Notes under the pieces: model-generated
Told to the model about the DNA's origin: nothing
What the model saw: the letters and a program-made list of their open reading frames with translations, nothing else
Databases searched by the model: none
Part shown: positions 10,648 to 21,455 of the stretch, one piece after another
Position numbering within the stretch: the stretch's first letter is position 1
How the letters are laid out: each line of letters begins with the position of its first letter
Translations under genes and position numbers: made by a program
Origin: an uncultured Nitrospinota bacterium
Lineage (GTDB): Bacteria; Tectomicrobia; Entotheonellia; J063; CAVPRW01
Length of the DNA: 64,000 nt
Reading direction: 5' to 3'
Assembly: GCA_963707985.1 (NCBI GenBank)
Contig: CAVPRW010000034.1
Location: 83,638-147,637 of the forward strand

Positions 10648-12258
10648 TCATTCCTTCATCGGTGGCAGCATGATGCGGACGGTGGTTCCAGTCCCCACCT
10701 GACTCTCAACCTCGATATGACCGCCATGCGCTTTGACGATGCGTTTACAGATGGAAAGCCCCAGGCCGGTGCCCGTCCCGTGCGCTTTTGTAGTGAAAAA
10801 TGGTTCAAAAATGCGATGCAGGTCTGCAGTAGCGATCCCTACACCAGTATCCGCAACGTTGATCACGATATAGTCGCTGGCGGTGCGCTGGGGCTGATGA
10901 CCGACGATCGCCGATTGGTGTCGAAGGATCGTCCGCTGGGTCGCGATGTGGAGGATACCACCGTTCGGCATGGCATCGAAGGCATTCATCAGACAATTGA
11001 GTAGGACCTGCTGCAGTTGGGTGGCGTCGCCAGTGATGGCCGGAAGGTCAGAGGCAAAGGCCGTCGAGGCAGTCACCAGTTTGCGAGCGAGGATGGGGGC
11101 AAGCAGGTTGAGTAGCTCTTGCACGAGCTGGTTGGTATCGATCGGCTTCAACACCAGATCCGCTGGAGCAGAGGCTGTCAGTAAGGTTTGTAGAACCTCA
11201 ACCACACGCGCGATCTGCACCTCAATGATCTTTAATCGATCAGTAGCCTCCGCATCGAGGTCATTTCTCTGCAGGAGGAGTTGTACGTGGCCGGAAATCG
11301 CGTTCAAGGGTGTACTCACGTCGTGAGCCATCATGGCGGCCCATTGCCCAGCCATGGCCAAGCGTTCGGTGCGATTGAGCTGGCGTTGGAGCTCGAAGAA
11401 CTCGATATGCGCCTGCCTGAGCTCCTCATGTCTCGCGGCCAATTCATGGGTGGCCCGTTCCACCTCGGCTTGCAGCTCGCGATTGAAGTTTTCGATGCGG
11501 GTCATGAGACTCACGTTGTCTTCATAACCCTGCTGAATTTTACGCAGCATGCGATTGAAGCTGGCGGCGAGACGCCCAAGCTCATCATGGCGGGCGATCT
11601 GGGCCGCTGCTCCGAGATCACCCGCCTCAGCCTGCGCCATGGTCTGTACTAAGGTTCGAATGGGCTGATTCACATAGTGTTGCAGGTACCAGCCCAGCCC
11701 AGCGACGATGAACACGGAGGCCGCAGTCATGATCGAAAGGGATTGACGGCGCTCCCTTGCGGCCAGACGGTCGGTAGATTCGAGCGATGACCCGACCTGA
11801 ATGGCACCAACAATCTTCTCCTGCAGCATGATGGGAGCGGTGACCTTCCAGATGCGCGTCCCTTGATACTTCTCCAGAGAGGTCAATATGTGTCCTTCGA
11901 GGATTCTTTCCCACGCCTCGGGCTCAGGCACCACTGGCGACAATCCAGGCGTCGAGGCGGCCAAAATAGGACCTTGTGAGCTCGCGAGGAAGACCTCGAG
12001 GCTCTGCAGATCCCTGCGCAGCCGGTTAAACGCTTCAATCTCCTTTTGCAAGACATCAGGAGCCCCAATGATCTGCTGCACCCCAATGCCGGTGGCCAAC
12101 TCCTGGGCCAAGCTCACGGTTTGATCGCGGAGGTCCTTCTCGAAGGCTTGTTCCGACAGCTTGCTATCCAGGTATGAGGAGAGGAAAAGCACAAAGGCTA
12201 CGATAAAAATGACCAAGCAGATAATTCGCGTTTGTAAGCCCAGCGTTCTGATGTGCAT
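10648..12258 (-). CDS. Membrane-bound HAMP sensor histidine kinase
   Basis: Two TM helices, HAMP (DELGRLAASFN), AHDVSTPL, NCLMNA, GTGLGL. Confidence 0.93.
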   Translation of the reverse strand: MHIRTLGLQTRIICLVIFIVAFVLFLSSYLDSKLSEQAFEKDLRDQTVSLAQELATGIGVQQIIGAPDVLQKEIEAFNRLRRDLQSLEVFLASSQGPILAASTPGLSPVVPEPEAWERILEGHILTSLEKYQGTRIWKVTAPIMLQEKIVGAIQVGSSLESTDRLAARERRQSLSIMTAASVFIVAGLGWYLQHYVNQPIRTLVQTMAQAEAGDLGAAAQIARHDELGRLAASFNRMLRKIQQGYEDNVSLMTRIENFNRELQAEVERATHELAARHEELRQAHIEFFELQRQLNRTERLAMAGQWAAMMAHDVSTPLNAISGHVQLLLQRNDLDAEATDRLKIIEVQIARVVEVLQTLLTASAPADLVLKPIDTNQLVQELLNLLAPILARKLVTASTAFASDLPAITGDATQLQQVLLNCLMNAFDAMPNGGILHIATQRTILRHQSAIVGHQPQRTASDYIVINVADTGVGIATADLHRIFEPFFTTKAHGTGTGLGLSICKRIVKAHGGHIEVESQVGTGTTVRIMLPPMKE

Positions 12259-12749
12259 GCGATGAGCTTTCTAAATCAAAGCATTACCAGCTCCACACGG
12301 CTCCCCGCCGTCGAGATGTGCCCGATTTTGTGCCAGTCTTGTCTGGGCCATCCTCTAGATTCTCGCTTATCGCTGGTTCCCAAACTCCATCGAAGCATCT
12401 TGCCTCGTTCGTAGCTCTTAGCCCAGCATGTATTTTCCCGCAGGTAGAGACTGCTCATGTTCCTCTCCTGCTCGGGTCCGCTCTCCTTCTCCGGCTGTGG
12501 AGGATATAACAGGGATGGCAGGATTGCAAGGCAGGGCTAGCCTGGATGCAGACGGCTGCCAGGGTCCCCTATTTGGGCTCCCTGCCTGGACAATATAGCG
12601 TACGTCTCCCCTCACATAAATCCTATTCCCCATGGAAGAGTCGATTGAAAACAAGGTCTATTGGGTGCGGGATGCCACGTGGGATGAGGAGCGTTCCTAA
12701 GTGCGCTGTGGCAGCATTCCCTAGGCGATGGCCGCGTTCCGTAACACCG

Positions 12750-12885
12750 CCAGTTGAGCACTGCAGCGTATGCATCTTCGTCGCAACCCACCGAGCTTTA
12801 GCATCTAGCTGGTGCGGTGCCGAGCTGGGAGCTTTCTGGGGGGCAGGAAAGCCCGTCCTCGTCTATCTTGCTGACTCAGCAGTAG
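12750..12885 (+). pseudogene. TIR-like domain fragment
   Basis: CSVCIFVATHRALASSWCGAELGAFWGAGKPVLVY resembles the TIR S-x-WC-x-x-E region; no intact start found. Confidence 0.45.
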
Positions 12886-12906
12886 ACTTCGTCTACTTTG
12901 TCACAG

Positions 12907-13290
12907 TTAACCACTTGCGAGACTATACAGAAGAATGGCTAGGACGATGCTGGTGATGAACACGTAGGTGAGGTCGCGCTGATGAGCAAAGGCATAGATC
13001 GAAAAGGCAACGCGTGCCACCGGTGTCGCCAGTAGTAGGAGCAGTCCGAGTTGAATGATGCCGCGACTGCGTAATTCCAAAGCATCTGTCACGATTCCTG
13101 GAACACTCCGCAAATCCGCGGGCTCGCCGTGGAAGACGCGATAATCGGGCGTGGTCCCCCCATACCGGACAAGATAGACGAACCCTCCCGCCAACACCAC
13201 GATCGCAGCGACGATCACCCCGCCTCTGAGGAGATTACCCACGATTTCTTCTACCCGCTGGTCGGTCCAAGGCTGCTTGGGGGACGGCAC
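12907..13290 (-). CDS. DUF1634 family membrane protein
   Basis: LLRGGV...GLLLLLATPVARV motif; typical partner downstream of TauE/SafE. Confidence 0.88.
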   Translation of the reverse strand: MPSPKQPWTDQRVEEIVGNLLRGGVIVAAIVVLAGGFVYLVRYGGTTPDYRVFHGEPADLRSVPGIVTDALELRSRGIIQLGLLLLLATPVARVAFSIYAFAHQRDLTYVFITSIVLAILLYSLASG

Positions 13291-13291
13291 A

Positions 13292-14128
13292 CTACAACCC
13301 TCCTGTCAGGCCTTTATAGATCATTTCGAGACCAAGGGCCACGATGATGAAGCCGAACACAAAGCGTAATATTCGCGTCTCAGCCCGCACCAGCACTCGT
13401 GCCCCCAGGACCGATCCGAGGAGAACTCCGAGCATGACTGGCATTGACAGGCCGGGGTCGATGTAGCCACGGTTCAAATAGACTCCAGCACTGGCGGCAG
13501 CTGTGACCCCGATCATAAAGTTGCTGGTGGTCGTCGAAACCTTGAAGGGCAGGCGCATGGCCTGGTCCATTGCTAACACCTTCACCGCTCCCGATCCAAT
13601 GCCGAGCAGGCCCGACAAGGCACCGGCCAGGGTCATCAGCCCAAACCCCAGTGGGATGGCATGGACGTGATAGGGTTGCGGCCCAGAAGGCGTGGGGTAG
13701 GTTCCGTCCATTCTCAGACGGAGAGCTAGCGGATCGGGACGATCGCTGTCGATTCGTTCCGCTGGCGAGCGGCTTGATAGATAGGCCGAATACAGCAAGA
13801 CCATACCAAAGATGATCGCAATGGCGGAGGTAGGAACCCATATCGCCAACGACGCACCGATTAGCGCCCCCAGGGTAGTAGCAATCTCAAGAAACATGCC
13901 GATGCGCATATTCGTGAAGCCTTCCTTGACATATGCGGCGGCAGCGCCTGAAGAGGTGGCAATGACCGAGATGAGTGAGGCGCCAATCGCGTACCGAATA
14001 TCCACATCAAAGACAAGTGTCAAGAGGGGCACAAGGACGACACCGCCGCCAAGCCCGGTCAAGGCGCCAATAAACCCTGTGGCCAGGGACCCGAGCCATA
14101 ATAAGATGGCAAATTCAAGGACAGTCAT
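13292..14128 (-). CDS. Sulfite exporter TauE/SafE family protein
   Basis: GALTGLGGG, ASLISVIATSSGAA, SGLLGIGSG, STTTSNFMIGVTA. Confidence 0.92.
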   Translation of the reverse strand: MTVLEFAILLWLGSLATGFIGALTGLGGGVVLVPLLTLVFDVDIRYAIGASLISVIATSSGAAAAYVKEGFTNMRIGMFLEIATTLGALIGASLAIWVPTSAIAIIFGMVLLYSAYLSSRSPAERIDSDRPDPLALRLRMDGTYPTPSGPQPYHVHAIPLGFGLMTLAGALSGLLGIGSGAVKVLAMDQAMRLPFKVSTTTSNFMIGVTAAASAGVYLNRGYIDPGLSMPVMLGVLLGSVLGARVLVRAETRILRFVFGFIIVALGLEMIYKGLTGGL

Positions 14129-14379
14129 TGGCGGCATCCTGTTGAGGTGACATTCAACTGTTTCCTCAGCGTATCGCGCACTGCGGCGAAGGAGCAAGCT
14201 GATTCTTGGTTACATGGTCATTTCTTGCGGTGACACATTGACCAGAAGGTCGGCGACTTCATCGGGTGGTCCTGCGCCTGGACCTGGTTGCGTGTGTCGC
14301 ACAACACGACGATACCGCGATTCGTGAAGCGGGTCAATCCGTCTTGGAAGCATGAGACCTACCAACCCCCCAAGCATGT

Positions 14380-14396
14380 TGGGGCATATTGTCCCA
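14380..14396. promoter_or_regulatory. Putative bEBP enhancer palindrome
   Basis: TGGGGCATATTGTCCCA, ~140 bp upstream of the sigma-54 site at 14536. Confidence 0.5.
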
Positions 14397-14535
14397 CGGC
14401 GCGACCCCGTGGTGGGGTTTGAGGCTATCACAGCGGCCCAGCGTCAACCGAGCTAGTGGTCCTCTAAGGACACGTTGGGACTCGTCCGCGCCTGACGACG
14501 CCGTTCGTCTGGGGGGATAGCCCAGCGTTACGCCG

Positions 14536-14551
14536 CGGCATTTATTTTGCT
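14536..14551 (+). promoter_or_regulatory. Putative sigma-54 promoter
   Basis: CGGCATTTATTTTGCT, GG-N10-GC. Confidence 0.6.
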
Positions 14552-14610
14552 CCTCATTAGGATCGTAAAGCTCGACACAGATCGGGAGATCATAGCAGAG
14601 GAGTAAAACT

Positions 14611-14787
14611 ATGGCTTGCCCGTATCACCGTCAGGTCGATCGGAACGCCCAGGTTTCCGGGCTGAACGGCTACTGCGATGCCGAGGAGCTCTGGAGATTA
14701 CGCATTCCCACGCCGTTTGAAGAGACGCGGTATTGCAACACCGAGGACTACATCAAGTGTCCCATCCTGAATGGCAAGCATGACTAA
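14611..14787 (+). CDS. Small 58-aa four-cysteine protein (not in ORF track)
   Basis: MACPYHRQVDRNAQVSGLNGYCDAEELWRLRIPTPFEETRYCNTEDYIKCPILNGKHD; AGAGGAG RBS; sigma-54 site upstream. Confidence 0.7.
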   Translation: MACPYHRQVDRNAQVSGLNGYCDAEELWRLRIPTPFEETRYCNTEDYIKCPILNGKHD

Positions 14788-14807
14788 CCGGAGACCACGG
14801 AGGCCCT

Positions 14808-15050
14808 ATGTACATTCGCGAAGCTGACCGCGCCATCATCATGCACGAGACCCCTGAGTTAGAGGGATCGACATGTATGGACTGTGGCAAGACGCCATAT
14901 ATCCTCTGGAACCCTGCCAAGTGGGGGGCAATCCTGCTGTGTGGAGAGTGTGCCCAAATCGTTGCCACCCAGCTGATGAAAGATGTACGGAGCTATGAGC
15001 TCGATACGCACGTCGCGGTTAAGGTGCAGGCCGCGCTGACGCCATTGTAG
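14808..15050 (+). CDS. Small hypothetical protein with two CxxC motifs
   Basis: CMDC...CGEC; GGAGG RBS; 20 bp after the preceding small ORF. Confidence 0.65.
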   Translation: MYIREADRAIIMHETPELEGSTCMDCGKTPYILWNPAKWGAILLCGECAQIVATQLMKDVRSYELDTHVAVKVQAALTPL

Positions 15051-15309
15051 AGCAGGTACCAGCAGATCCTCACGGCGGTTGACGGGTGATTGAACGCCCC
15101 GCTTACCGGCGAGTCTGAGCCGCAGATGCGCCAGCCTGATCCTGTCGAAAGCGATTCACTGTTTCAGGCGGTGAATACATCGTCTTCGCCGGTACAACAA
15201 GATGCTCCGGCTCGCGCACCGCCCTCGTCTTCGCGATCGGCAATACCATCGAGTTCGTCAGGCTGGCGCGCCTGACACAGGAAGTGCCGCTCAACCCAGC
15301 CCGTTGCCA

Positions 15310-15423
15310 ATGGAAGTCCGTTGGATCACCAGGGTGATCGGCGTCATCGTCCTAGGCATGGGCGTCATGTTCTTCGTGCTGGGAAATCCTATCTGGCGGA
15401 CCTTCTTCGCCTGGCTTTCCTGA
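15310..15423 (+). CDS. Possible 37-aa single-pass membrane peptide or gene remnant
   Basis: MEVRWITRVIGVIVLGMGVMFFVLGNPIWRTFFAWLS; no clear RBS. Confidence 0.3.
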   Translation: MEVRWITRVIGVIVLGMGVMFFVLGNPIWRTFFAWLS

Positions 15424-15459
15424 ACGGCCTCCGACAGCGCTCCAAGCGACCGTGGAACG

Positions 15460-16395
15460 TTAGTGCAGAGTACGCAGATAACTGAAGATTTCGCGAACCT
15501 CATCTTTGCTCAGTTCGCCATTAAAATGGGGCATAATGGCTCGACTGTGTTCGAGCATATGCTGAACACCGACACGTACCTGCTCCTCGGAGTGGGTCCG
15601 AAAATAGGCTTGATTAAACGCGACCCGTGGGAGTTCTTCGGGCATGGCTTCGGCTTCGCCAATAGCCTCGGTATCCATCTCAGGGGGGTGGCCATCGGCA
15701 CCATGGCACACCGCACAGAAGCGGGTATAGAGCTCATGGCCCGGCGATAACACACGCACATATGCCAGCACTGCCTGCAGCTGTTCTGTATCCATGAGTT
15801 CTGCGACACCGGGCATGGCCCCCTTACCATCTGCAATAATGTGCAGTAGGTCCGCGTCATTCACCTGGCTCTGAAACACGACAGACCTAAGGTCCCGCGG
15901 TGGTGTTGGTAGCTGCTTCGCCATAATCCCGTCACCACGCCCATAAAGACCGTGACAATAGACACACAACGAGTCGTAGAGGTCTTGGCCTCTGTTGACC
16001 TGGTCCCACGAAATGGACGGCAATCGCCGTAGATAGGCGGTTATGGCTGTCAGATCTACGTTAGACGACAGCGACGTGCCAGCATCGAGCGGAACCGACA
16101 GTTCTCTACCATAGAGCACTTTGGCTATGAGTTCCGCTTCGTTATACTCAGTCCACAACGCCGGAGGCCGCAGACTTGGAGCCCGAATTCCAAACATGTC
16201 CGCGACTGGACCTCCGCCGCGGCCTTCCCAGCCATGACAATCTGCACAGTTTCGGAGATAAAGCGCTTCGCCGTGTGTCAGACGATGCACTTGTCCCGGA
16301 GGGAGCATCGTTAGCACTTGATCCGATCGGTGACTATCCATGCCGACCTGTGTACATCCAAGCATGAAAATCAATACACATAGCAGGCTCCGCAT
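15460..16395 (-). CDS. Triheme c-type cytochrome, probable lipoprotein
   Basis: CADCH, CVYCH, CAVCH motifs; N-terminal hydrophobic stretch ending MLGC. Confidence 0.88.
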   Translation of the reverse strand: MRSLLCVLIFMLGCTQVGMDSHRSDQVLTMLPPGQVHRLTHGEALYLRNCADCHGWEGRGGGPVADMFGIRAPSLRPPALWTEYNEAELIAKVLYGRELSVPLDAGTSLSSNVDLTAITAYLRRLPSISWDQVNRGQDLYDSLCVYCHGLYGRGDGIMAKQLPTPPRDLRSVVFQSQVNDADLLHIIADGKGAMPGVAELMDTEQLQAVLAYVRVLSPGHELYTRFCAVCHGADGHPPEMDTEAIGEAEAMPEELPRVAFNQAYFRTHSEEQVRVGVQHMLEHSRAIMPHFNGELSKDEVREIFSYLRTLH

Positions 16396-16537
16396 CAGGT
16401 CTCCTCTGTAGGTGTTCTTGTCACTTCACATCGCGGCCGGGATTGTGCCCGATAATCTTTTCTCCGCAGGCAGCCCAGCTGAGACGATCCGTCAGGACTG
16501 GAGCAGAAACTGAGACGACATTCAATCGATGTCAGCA

Positions 16538-16553
16538 GGCAAACTCCTTGCCG
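16538..16553 (-). promoter_or_regulatory. Putative sigma-54 promoter (cytochrome c gene)
   Basis: CGGCAAGGAGTTTGCC, GG-N10-GC. Confidence 0.5.
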
Positions 16554-16724
16554 CATCCCCCGTTTATAGCGGTTTTCAGATCAGTGCTTGGCAATCTTTC
16601 AACGATAACCGTTCTTCCTAGCTCTATCTGGCCCTCACTCTACCCGCTCCCGGCGGCAAGAGGGGGATAGATGTTGCCGGCATTGGGCGACGCCGTTGGC
16701 CGCACATTGCCGATGTGAAACAGA

Positions 16725-16741
16725 TGGGACAATATGCCCCG
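16725..16741. promoter_or_regulatory. Putative bEBP enhancer between divergent sigma-54 promoters
   Basis: TGGGACAATATGCCCCG. Confidence 0.5.
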
Positions 16742-16944
16742 ATGCAGGCCATTTTGCCCCTGACCATGCACTTCTTGGGGCCTTCCGTTATGACGAGCAT
16801 AGGAGCCACCCTCGCCAGAGATATGCCTCACAGTGGGACGTCCTATCCGTACTCGGGGCAAACAATCCCATCACCCTCTTCTTCGCCCTGTTTCGCCTAA
16901 GACCCACAACCGGGTCATATCAACTCGGAGCGTTTTCCTCTATA

Positions 16945-16960
16945 CGGCAAGGTGGTTGCA
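16945..16960 (+). promoter_or_regulatory. Putative sigma-54 promoter (CBS-acsA-pdh operon)
   Basis: CGGCAAGGTGGTTGCA, GG-N10-GC. Confidence 0.6.
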
Positions 16961-17056
16961 TAAGACCGTGAGATGGAGATGCCGGATAGCACAGCTGTGG
17001 ACTGCGGCGTCGACCACCAATGTCATGTGACCATTCATACACGATGGAGACAGACT

Positions 17057-17530
17057 ATGTCATTACAGCAATTTTGCAAACGACCGATCGTCACCGTCGA
17101 TCCAGAGAAAAACATCCCAGCCGCCTGCCAATTGCTGGAGGAACATAATATCGGCTGCCTCCTGGTGGAGGAGCGGGGGAAGCTGTGCGGGATTCTTACC
17201 GATCGGGATATCGCGCTGCGGGTCACTGGCCATGGACGTAATCCTGAGCAGACCACGGTGAGGCAGGTGATGACCGGCACCCCAGTCCATATCTCCGTGG
17301 AGAGCACGTTACATGCATTGACCGCCCTCCTGCATAAACATCATGTGCGCCGCGTGCCGATCATTGATGAAACCGGCCGGGCGATCGGAATTGTGACAAT
17401 CGATGATCTTCTGGCATTACTCGGTGACGAGATGTCAGATATGGGCAAGGCTATCTCAAAAGCTTTCTTCCATAAACCCGCGGCAGCGGAAGTTGAGCCC
17501 GAGGAATTTCATTGGTGGGTGCTGCCGTAA
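17057..17530 (+). CDS. CBS domain-containing protein
   Basis: GILTDRDI, HHVRRVPII, GIVTIDDL. Confidence 0.9.
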   Translation: MSLQQFCKRPIVTVDPEKNIPAACQLLEEHNIGCLLVEERGKLCGILTDRDIALRVTGHGRNPEQTTVRQVMTGTPVHISVESTLHALTALLHKHHVRRVPIIDETGRAIGIVTIDDLLALLGDEMSDMGKAISKAFFHKPAAAEVEPEEFHWWVLP

Positions 17531-17692
17531 TGCGAACCTTGACAGGAATTTGAATGCGCCATGACGGCTGATACGTGGACTGAACTCTCTGCCGCCGTAC
17601 GGGCCAAACCAGGGCGAAGGGCCGATCAGCGATGCATCTACCTTCTGCACTGCATGAACCCCTCATCGCCAGGGGGGAGGAGAGTAAGAACT

Positions 17693-19453
17693 ATGCCTTG
17701 GGCATCGATCAAAAAATCTTCAGAGCGCTGGGCTGTTCGACCAAACATGGTGGACTACCAACACACCTGCGCCACGTTCTCATGGGAGGCAGTGGGCCAT
17801 GAGCTCGACGGCCTGCCGGGCGGTCAAGGTTTAAACATTGCCCATGAAGCAGTCGATCGCTACGCCAATGGAGCGCAGCGTGATCACGTCGCTATTCGGT
17901 GGCTGGGTCGCGACGGCACGAGTCGCGATTTCACCTATGCAGATTTGCAGGAGCAGAGCAACCGCTTTGCCAACGTGCTGCGCGACTTCGATGTTGGCAA
18001 AGGGGAAGGCGTTTTTTCCCTGGCAGGGCGCATCCCAGAATTGTATGTCGCTGCGCTCGGTACTTGGAAGAATACCAGTGTCTTTTGCCCTCTCTTTTCA
18101 GCTTTCGGCCCAGAGCCTGTCTACCAACGCTTGAGCCGGGGGGACGCCAAGCTGCTGGTGACGACCGAGCGCTTCTATCAGCAGAAAATCGCCGGCCTCA
18201 GACAACGCCTGCCGCACCTCCAGCATGTGCTGCTGGCGGACGCCAATGCAGATCGCGGCGACAACGTCTGGTCGCTGCCACGGTTGATGCAAAACGCTTC
18301 TGATGAATTCACCATTCCACCCACCGATCCCCAGGACATGGCGGTATTGCATTTCACCAGTGGCACCACCGGTATGCCTAAAGGGGCCGTACACGTGCAC
18401 AAAGCGGTACTTACCCACTATATGACCGGGCAATATGTGTTGGACTTCCATCCCGGAGATGTGTTCTGGTGTACCGCTGACCCTGGCTGGGTCACCGGTA
18501 CCTCCTATGGCATCATCGCACCCTTGGTCCACGGTGTGACCAACCTTGTCGACGAAGCCGAGTTCGATGCCGAGCGCTGGTACCGTCTCCTGGAAACGCA
18601 GCAGGTCAACATTTGGTATACCGCCCCTACAGCCATCCGCCGCCTCATGCGTCTCGACATGAAGCCACGCGAGGCGTACGATTTGCGCCAGCTGCGCCTG
18701 ATCCATAGTGTCGGCGAGCCCCTCAACCCTGAAGCCGTTATCTGGGGGCAGGAAATCCTGGGCCTGCCGATCCACGACAATTGGTGGCAGACCGAAACTG
18801 GTGGCATCATGATTGCTAACTTCACTGCTATGGACATCCGACCCGGATCAATGGGTCGCCCGCTCCCCGGGATCGAAGCGGCGATCGTTCGGCGGGTAGG
18901 TGAGCAGGCGGTGGAGGTCATCGATGCGCCCGACGTCCAGGGCGATCTGGCGCTCAAGCCGGGCTGGCCCTCGATGTTTCAGGGCTATCTTCACGATGAA
19001 GAGCGCTACCGCAAATGCTTCGTCGGCGGCTGGTACATCACCGGCGATCTGGCGAGGCGCGATAAGGACGGCTATTTCTGGTTCGTCGGCCGGGCCGATG
19101 ACATCATCAAGACCGCCGGCCATATGGTGGGCCCATTCGAAGTCGAAAGCGCCTTGATGGAGCATCCATCGGTGGCCGAAGCCGGCGTGATCGGCAAGCC
19201 CGATCCGCTCATCGGTGAGCTGGTCAAAGCCTTCGTGACGCTGAAACAGGGCGTGGAGCCCAGTGACAAGTTGCGCTTGGAGCTCATCGGCTTTGCGCGC
19301 ACCAAGCTTGGATCGGCGGTGGCGCCCAAGGAAATTGCCTTCCAGGCCAATTTACCGAAGAACCGTGCTGGCAAAATCATGCGACGGTTGCTGAAGGCGC
19401 GTGAGCTGGGGTTACCTGAGGGGGATATCTCAACGTTGGAGACCAGCGAATGA
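17693..19453 (+). CDS. acsA: Acetate--CoA ligase
   Basis: [54 protein letters not shown]. Confidence 0.93.
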   Translation: MPWASIKKSSERWAVRPNMVDYQHTCATFSWEAVGHELDGLPGGQGLNIAHEAVDRYANGAQRDHVAIRWLGRDGTSRDFTYADLQEQSNRFANVLRDFDVGKGEGVFSLAGRIPELYVAALGTWKNTSVFCPLFSAFGPEPVYQRLSRGDAKLLVTTERFYQQKIAGLRQRLPHLQHVLLADANADRGDNVWSLPRLMQNASDEFTIPPTDPQDMAVLHFTSGTTGMPKGAVHVHKAVLTHYMTGQYVLDFHPGDVFWCTADPGWVTGTSYGIIAPLVHGVTNLVDEAEFDAERWYRLLETQQVNIWYTAPTAIRRLMRLDMKPREAYDLRQLRLIHSVGEPLNPEAVIWGQEILGLPIHDNWWQTETGGIMIANFTAMDIRPGSMGRPLPGIEAAIVRRVGEQAVEVIDAPDVQGDLALKPGWPSMFQGYLHDEERYRKCFVGGWYITGDLARRDKDGYFWFVGRADDIIKTAGHMVGPFEVESALMEHPSVAEAGVIGKPDPLIGELVKAFVTLKQGVEPSDKLRLELIGFARTKLGSAVAPKEIAFQANLPKNRAGKIMRRLLKARELGLPEGDISTLETSE

Positions 19454-20457
19454 ACACAGAGTTGACCACACCAGCAGCGGCACTGCCGATCGACCGTGAG
19501 CATGCCCTGCACCTGCTGCACCAGATGGTGCGCATCCGACGTTTCGAGGCGAAGTGCGCCGAATTGTACGGTGCCATGAAGATCCGAGGTTTTCTGCACC
19601 TCTATGATGGCGAGGAAGCCGTCGCTGTTGGGGTCATGCAAGCTCTCACCCCCGCAGACGCCATCGTCGCAACCTACCGCGAACATGGCCATGCCCTGGC
19701 GCGCGGCATCTCGGCAGGCTCGGTGATGGCGGAGATGTATGGGAAGCAAGAGGGCTGCGCCCGTGGACGGGGCGGCTCGATGCACCTCTTCGATGCCGAG
19801 ACGCGATTCTACGGTGGCAACGCCATTGTCGGCGGTGGGCTTCCCCTCGCCATTGGGCTAGCGCTCGCTGATAAAATGCAGGGCAAGCCACAGGTGACCT
19901 GCTGTTTCTTCGGCGACGGGGCGGTCGCTGAAGGGGAGTTTCATGAGTCCATGAACCTGGCGGCCCTGTGGCAATTGCCGGTCTTGTTTGTCTGTGAGAA
20001 CAATCTGTACGCTATGGGTACGGCGCTGCAGGTGGCGCAATCGGTCACCGATGTGGCTCGAAAGGCAGCGAATTACGCGATTCCCGCCACACCTGTGGAT
20101 GGCATGGACGTCCTCGCCGTGGAGACCGCGGCTCGGAACGCAGCGACGGCGGTGCGGGCAGGTGAGGGGCCGTATTTTCTGGAGTGCCGCACCTATCGCT
20201 TCCGGGCACACTCGATGTTCGACGCCGAGCTGTACCGCAGCAAATCCGAGGTCGAGGAATGGAAGCGGCGCGACCCGATCGCGACCTTCGTCCAGCGCCT
20301 CCAAGAGCGGAATCTGCTGAGCGCCGACGATGTCGAAGCCACTGAGCGCGTCGTGGCACGCGAAGTCGAAGACGCCGTCGCCTTCGCCGAGGATGGGACG
20401 TGGGAACCCGTGGAGGAGCTGACGCGATTTGTATATTCGGAACGGAGGACGGCATGA
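19450..20457 (+). CDS. pdhA: Pyruvate dehydrogenase E1 alpha
   Basis: [26 protein letters not shown]...ENN ThDP motif, YRFRAHSM. Confidence 0.93.
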   Translation: MNTELTTPAAALPIDREHALHLLHQMVRIRRFEAKCAELYGAMKIRGFLHLYDGEEAVAVGVMQALTPADAIVATYREHGHALARGISAGSVMAEMYGKQEGCARGRGGSMHLFDAETRFYGGNAIVGGGLPLAIGLALADKMQGKPQVTCCFFGDGAVAEGEFHESMNLAALWQLPVLFVCENNLYAMGTALQVAQSVTDVARKAANYAIPATPVDGMDVLAVETAARNAATAVRAGEGPYFLECRTYRFRAHSMFDAELYRSKSEVEEWKRRDPIATFVQRLQERNLLSADDVEATERVVAREVEDAVAFAEDGTWEPVEELTRFVYSERRTA

Positions 20458-21455
20458 ACAGCAGCACACCAACGCTGAAGCTGACCTATCGCGAAGCGGT
20501 GCGGGAGGCAATCCGAGAGGCCATGTACAAGGACGAGCGGGTATTCTTGATGGGTGAAGATGTCGGCCGCTACGGCGGCTGCTTCGCCGTGAGCAAAGGT
20601 TTGCTGCAGGAGTTCGGTCCCGAGCGCATTCGTGACACCCCCTTGTCGGAATCGGCCTTCGTGGGCGCCGGGATCGGTGCAGCGATGGGGGGCATGCGCC
20701 CCATCGTGGAGATCATGACGGTCAACTTTAGCCTTCTGGCAGCGGATCAGATCATCAATAACGCTGCCACGATTCTGCATATGTCGGGCGGACTATTTAA
20801 CATCCCGCTGGTCATCCGCATGGCCACCGGCGGCGGGAGGCAGGTGGCGGCGCAGCATTCCCATAGCCTCGAGGGTTGGTACGCGCATATTCCTGGGATC
20901 AAAGTGGTGACGCCAGCGACTATCGAAGATGCCCGCGGCATGTTGTGGACCGCCCTCCAAGACCCTGATCCGGTCCTGATGTTCGAAAACGTGACCCTGT
21001 ACAACATGGAGGCAGAAGTCGCGGCCGAGGTTGGGCCAGTGGATATCGACCGGGCCCAGGTGCGCCGGCCAGGCCATGACGTGTCGCTCATCACCTACAG
21101 CGCCAGTCTCTTCAAGGCCCTGGAGGCAGCAGAGGCGCTTGCCAGGGATGGTATCGACGTGGAGGTGATTGACCTCCGGACGTTGCGTCCACTGGACGAG
21201 GCGACCCTCTTGAACTCGGTGACCAAAACTCATCGTGCAGTCATTGTCGACGAAGGCTGGCGCAGTGGCAGCATCTCGGCAGAAATCAGCGCACGCCTCA
21301 TGGAACACGCTTTCTACGAGCTGGATGGCCCGGTGGAGCGCATTTGCAGCGCCGAGGTGCCATTGCCGTATGCCAAACATCTGGAGCAGGCGGCACTCCC
21401 ACAGGCGGAGACGATCGTCGCGACGATCAAAAGGATGGTGCGGACTCATGGCTGA
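20454..21455 (+). CDS. pdhB: Pyruvate/2-oxoacid dehydrogenase E1 beta
   Basis: [28 protein letters not shown]. Confidence 0.93.
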   Translation: MNSSTPTLKLTYREAVREAIREAMYKDERVFLMGEDVGRYGGCFAVSKGLLQEFGPERIRDTPLSESAFVGAGIGAAMGGMRPIVEIMTVNFSLLAADQIINNAATILHMSGGLFNIPLVIRMATGGGRQVAAQHSHSLEGWYAHIPGIKVVTPATIEDARGMLWTALQDPDPVLMFENVTLYNMEAEVAAEVGPVDIDRAQVRRPGHDVSLITYSASLFKALEAAEALARDGIDVEVIDLRTLRPLDEATLLNSVTKTHRAVIVDEGWRSGSISAEISARLMEHAFYELDGPVERICSAEVPLPYAKHLEQAALPQAETIVATIKRMVRTHG

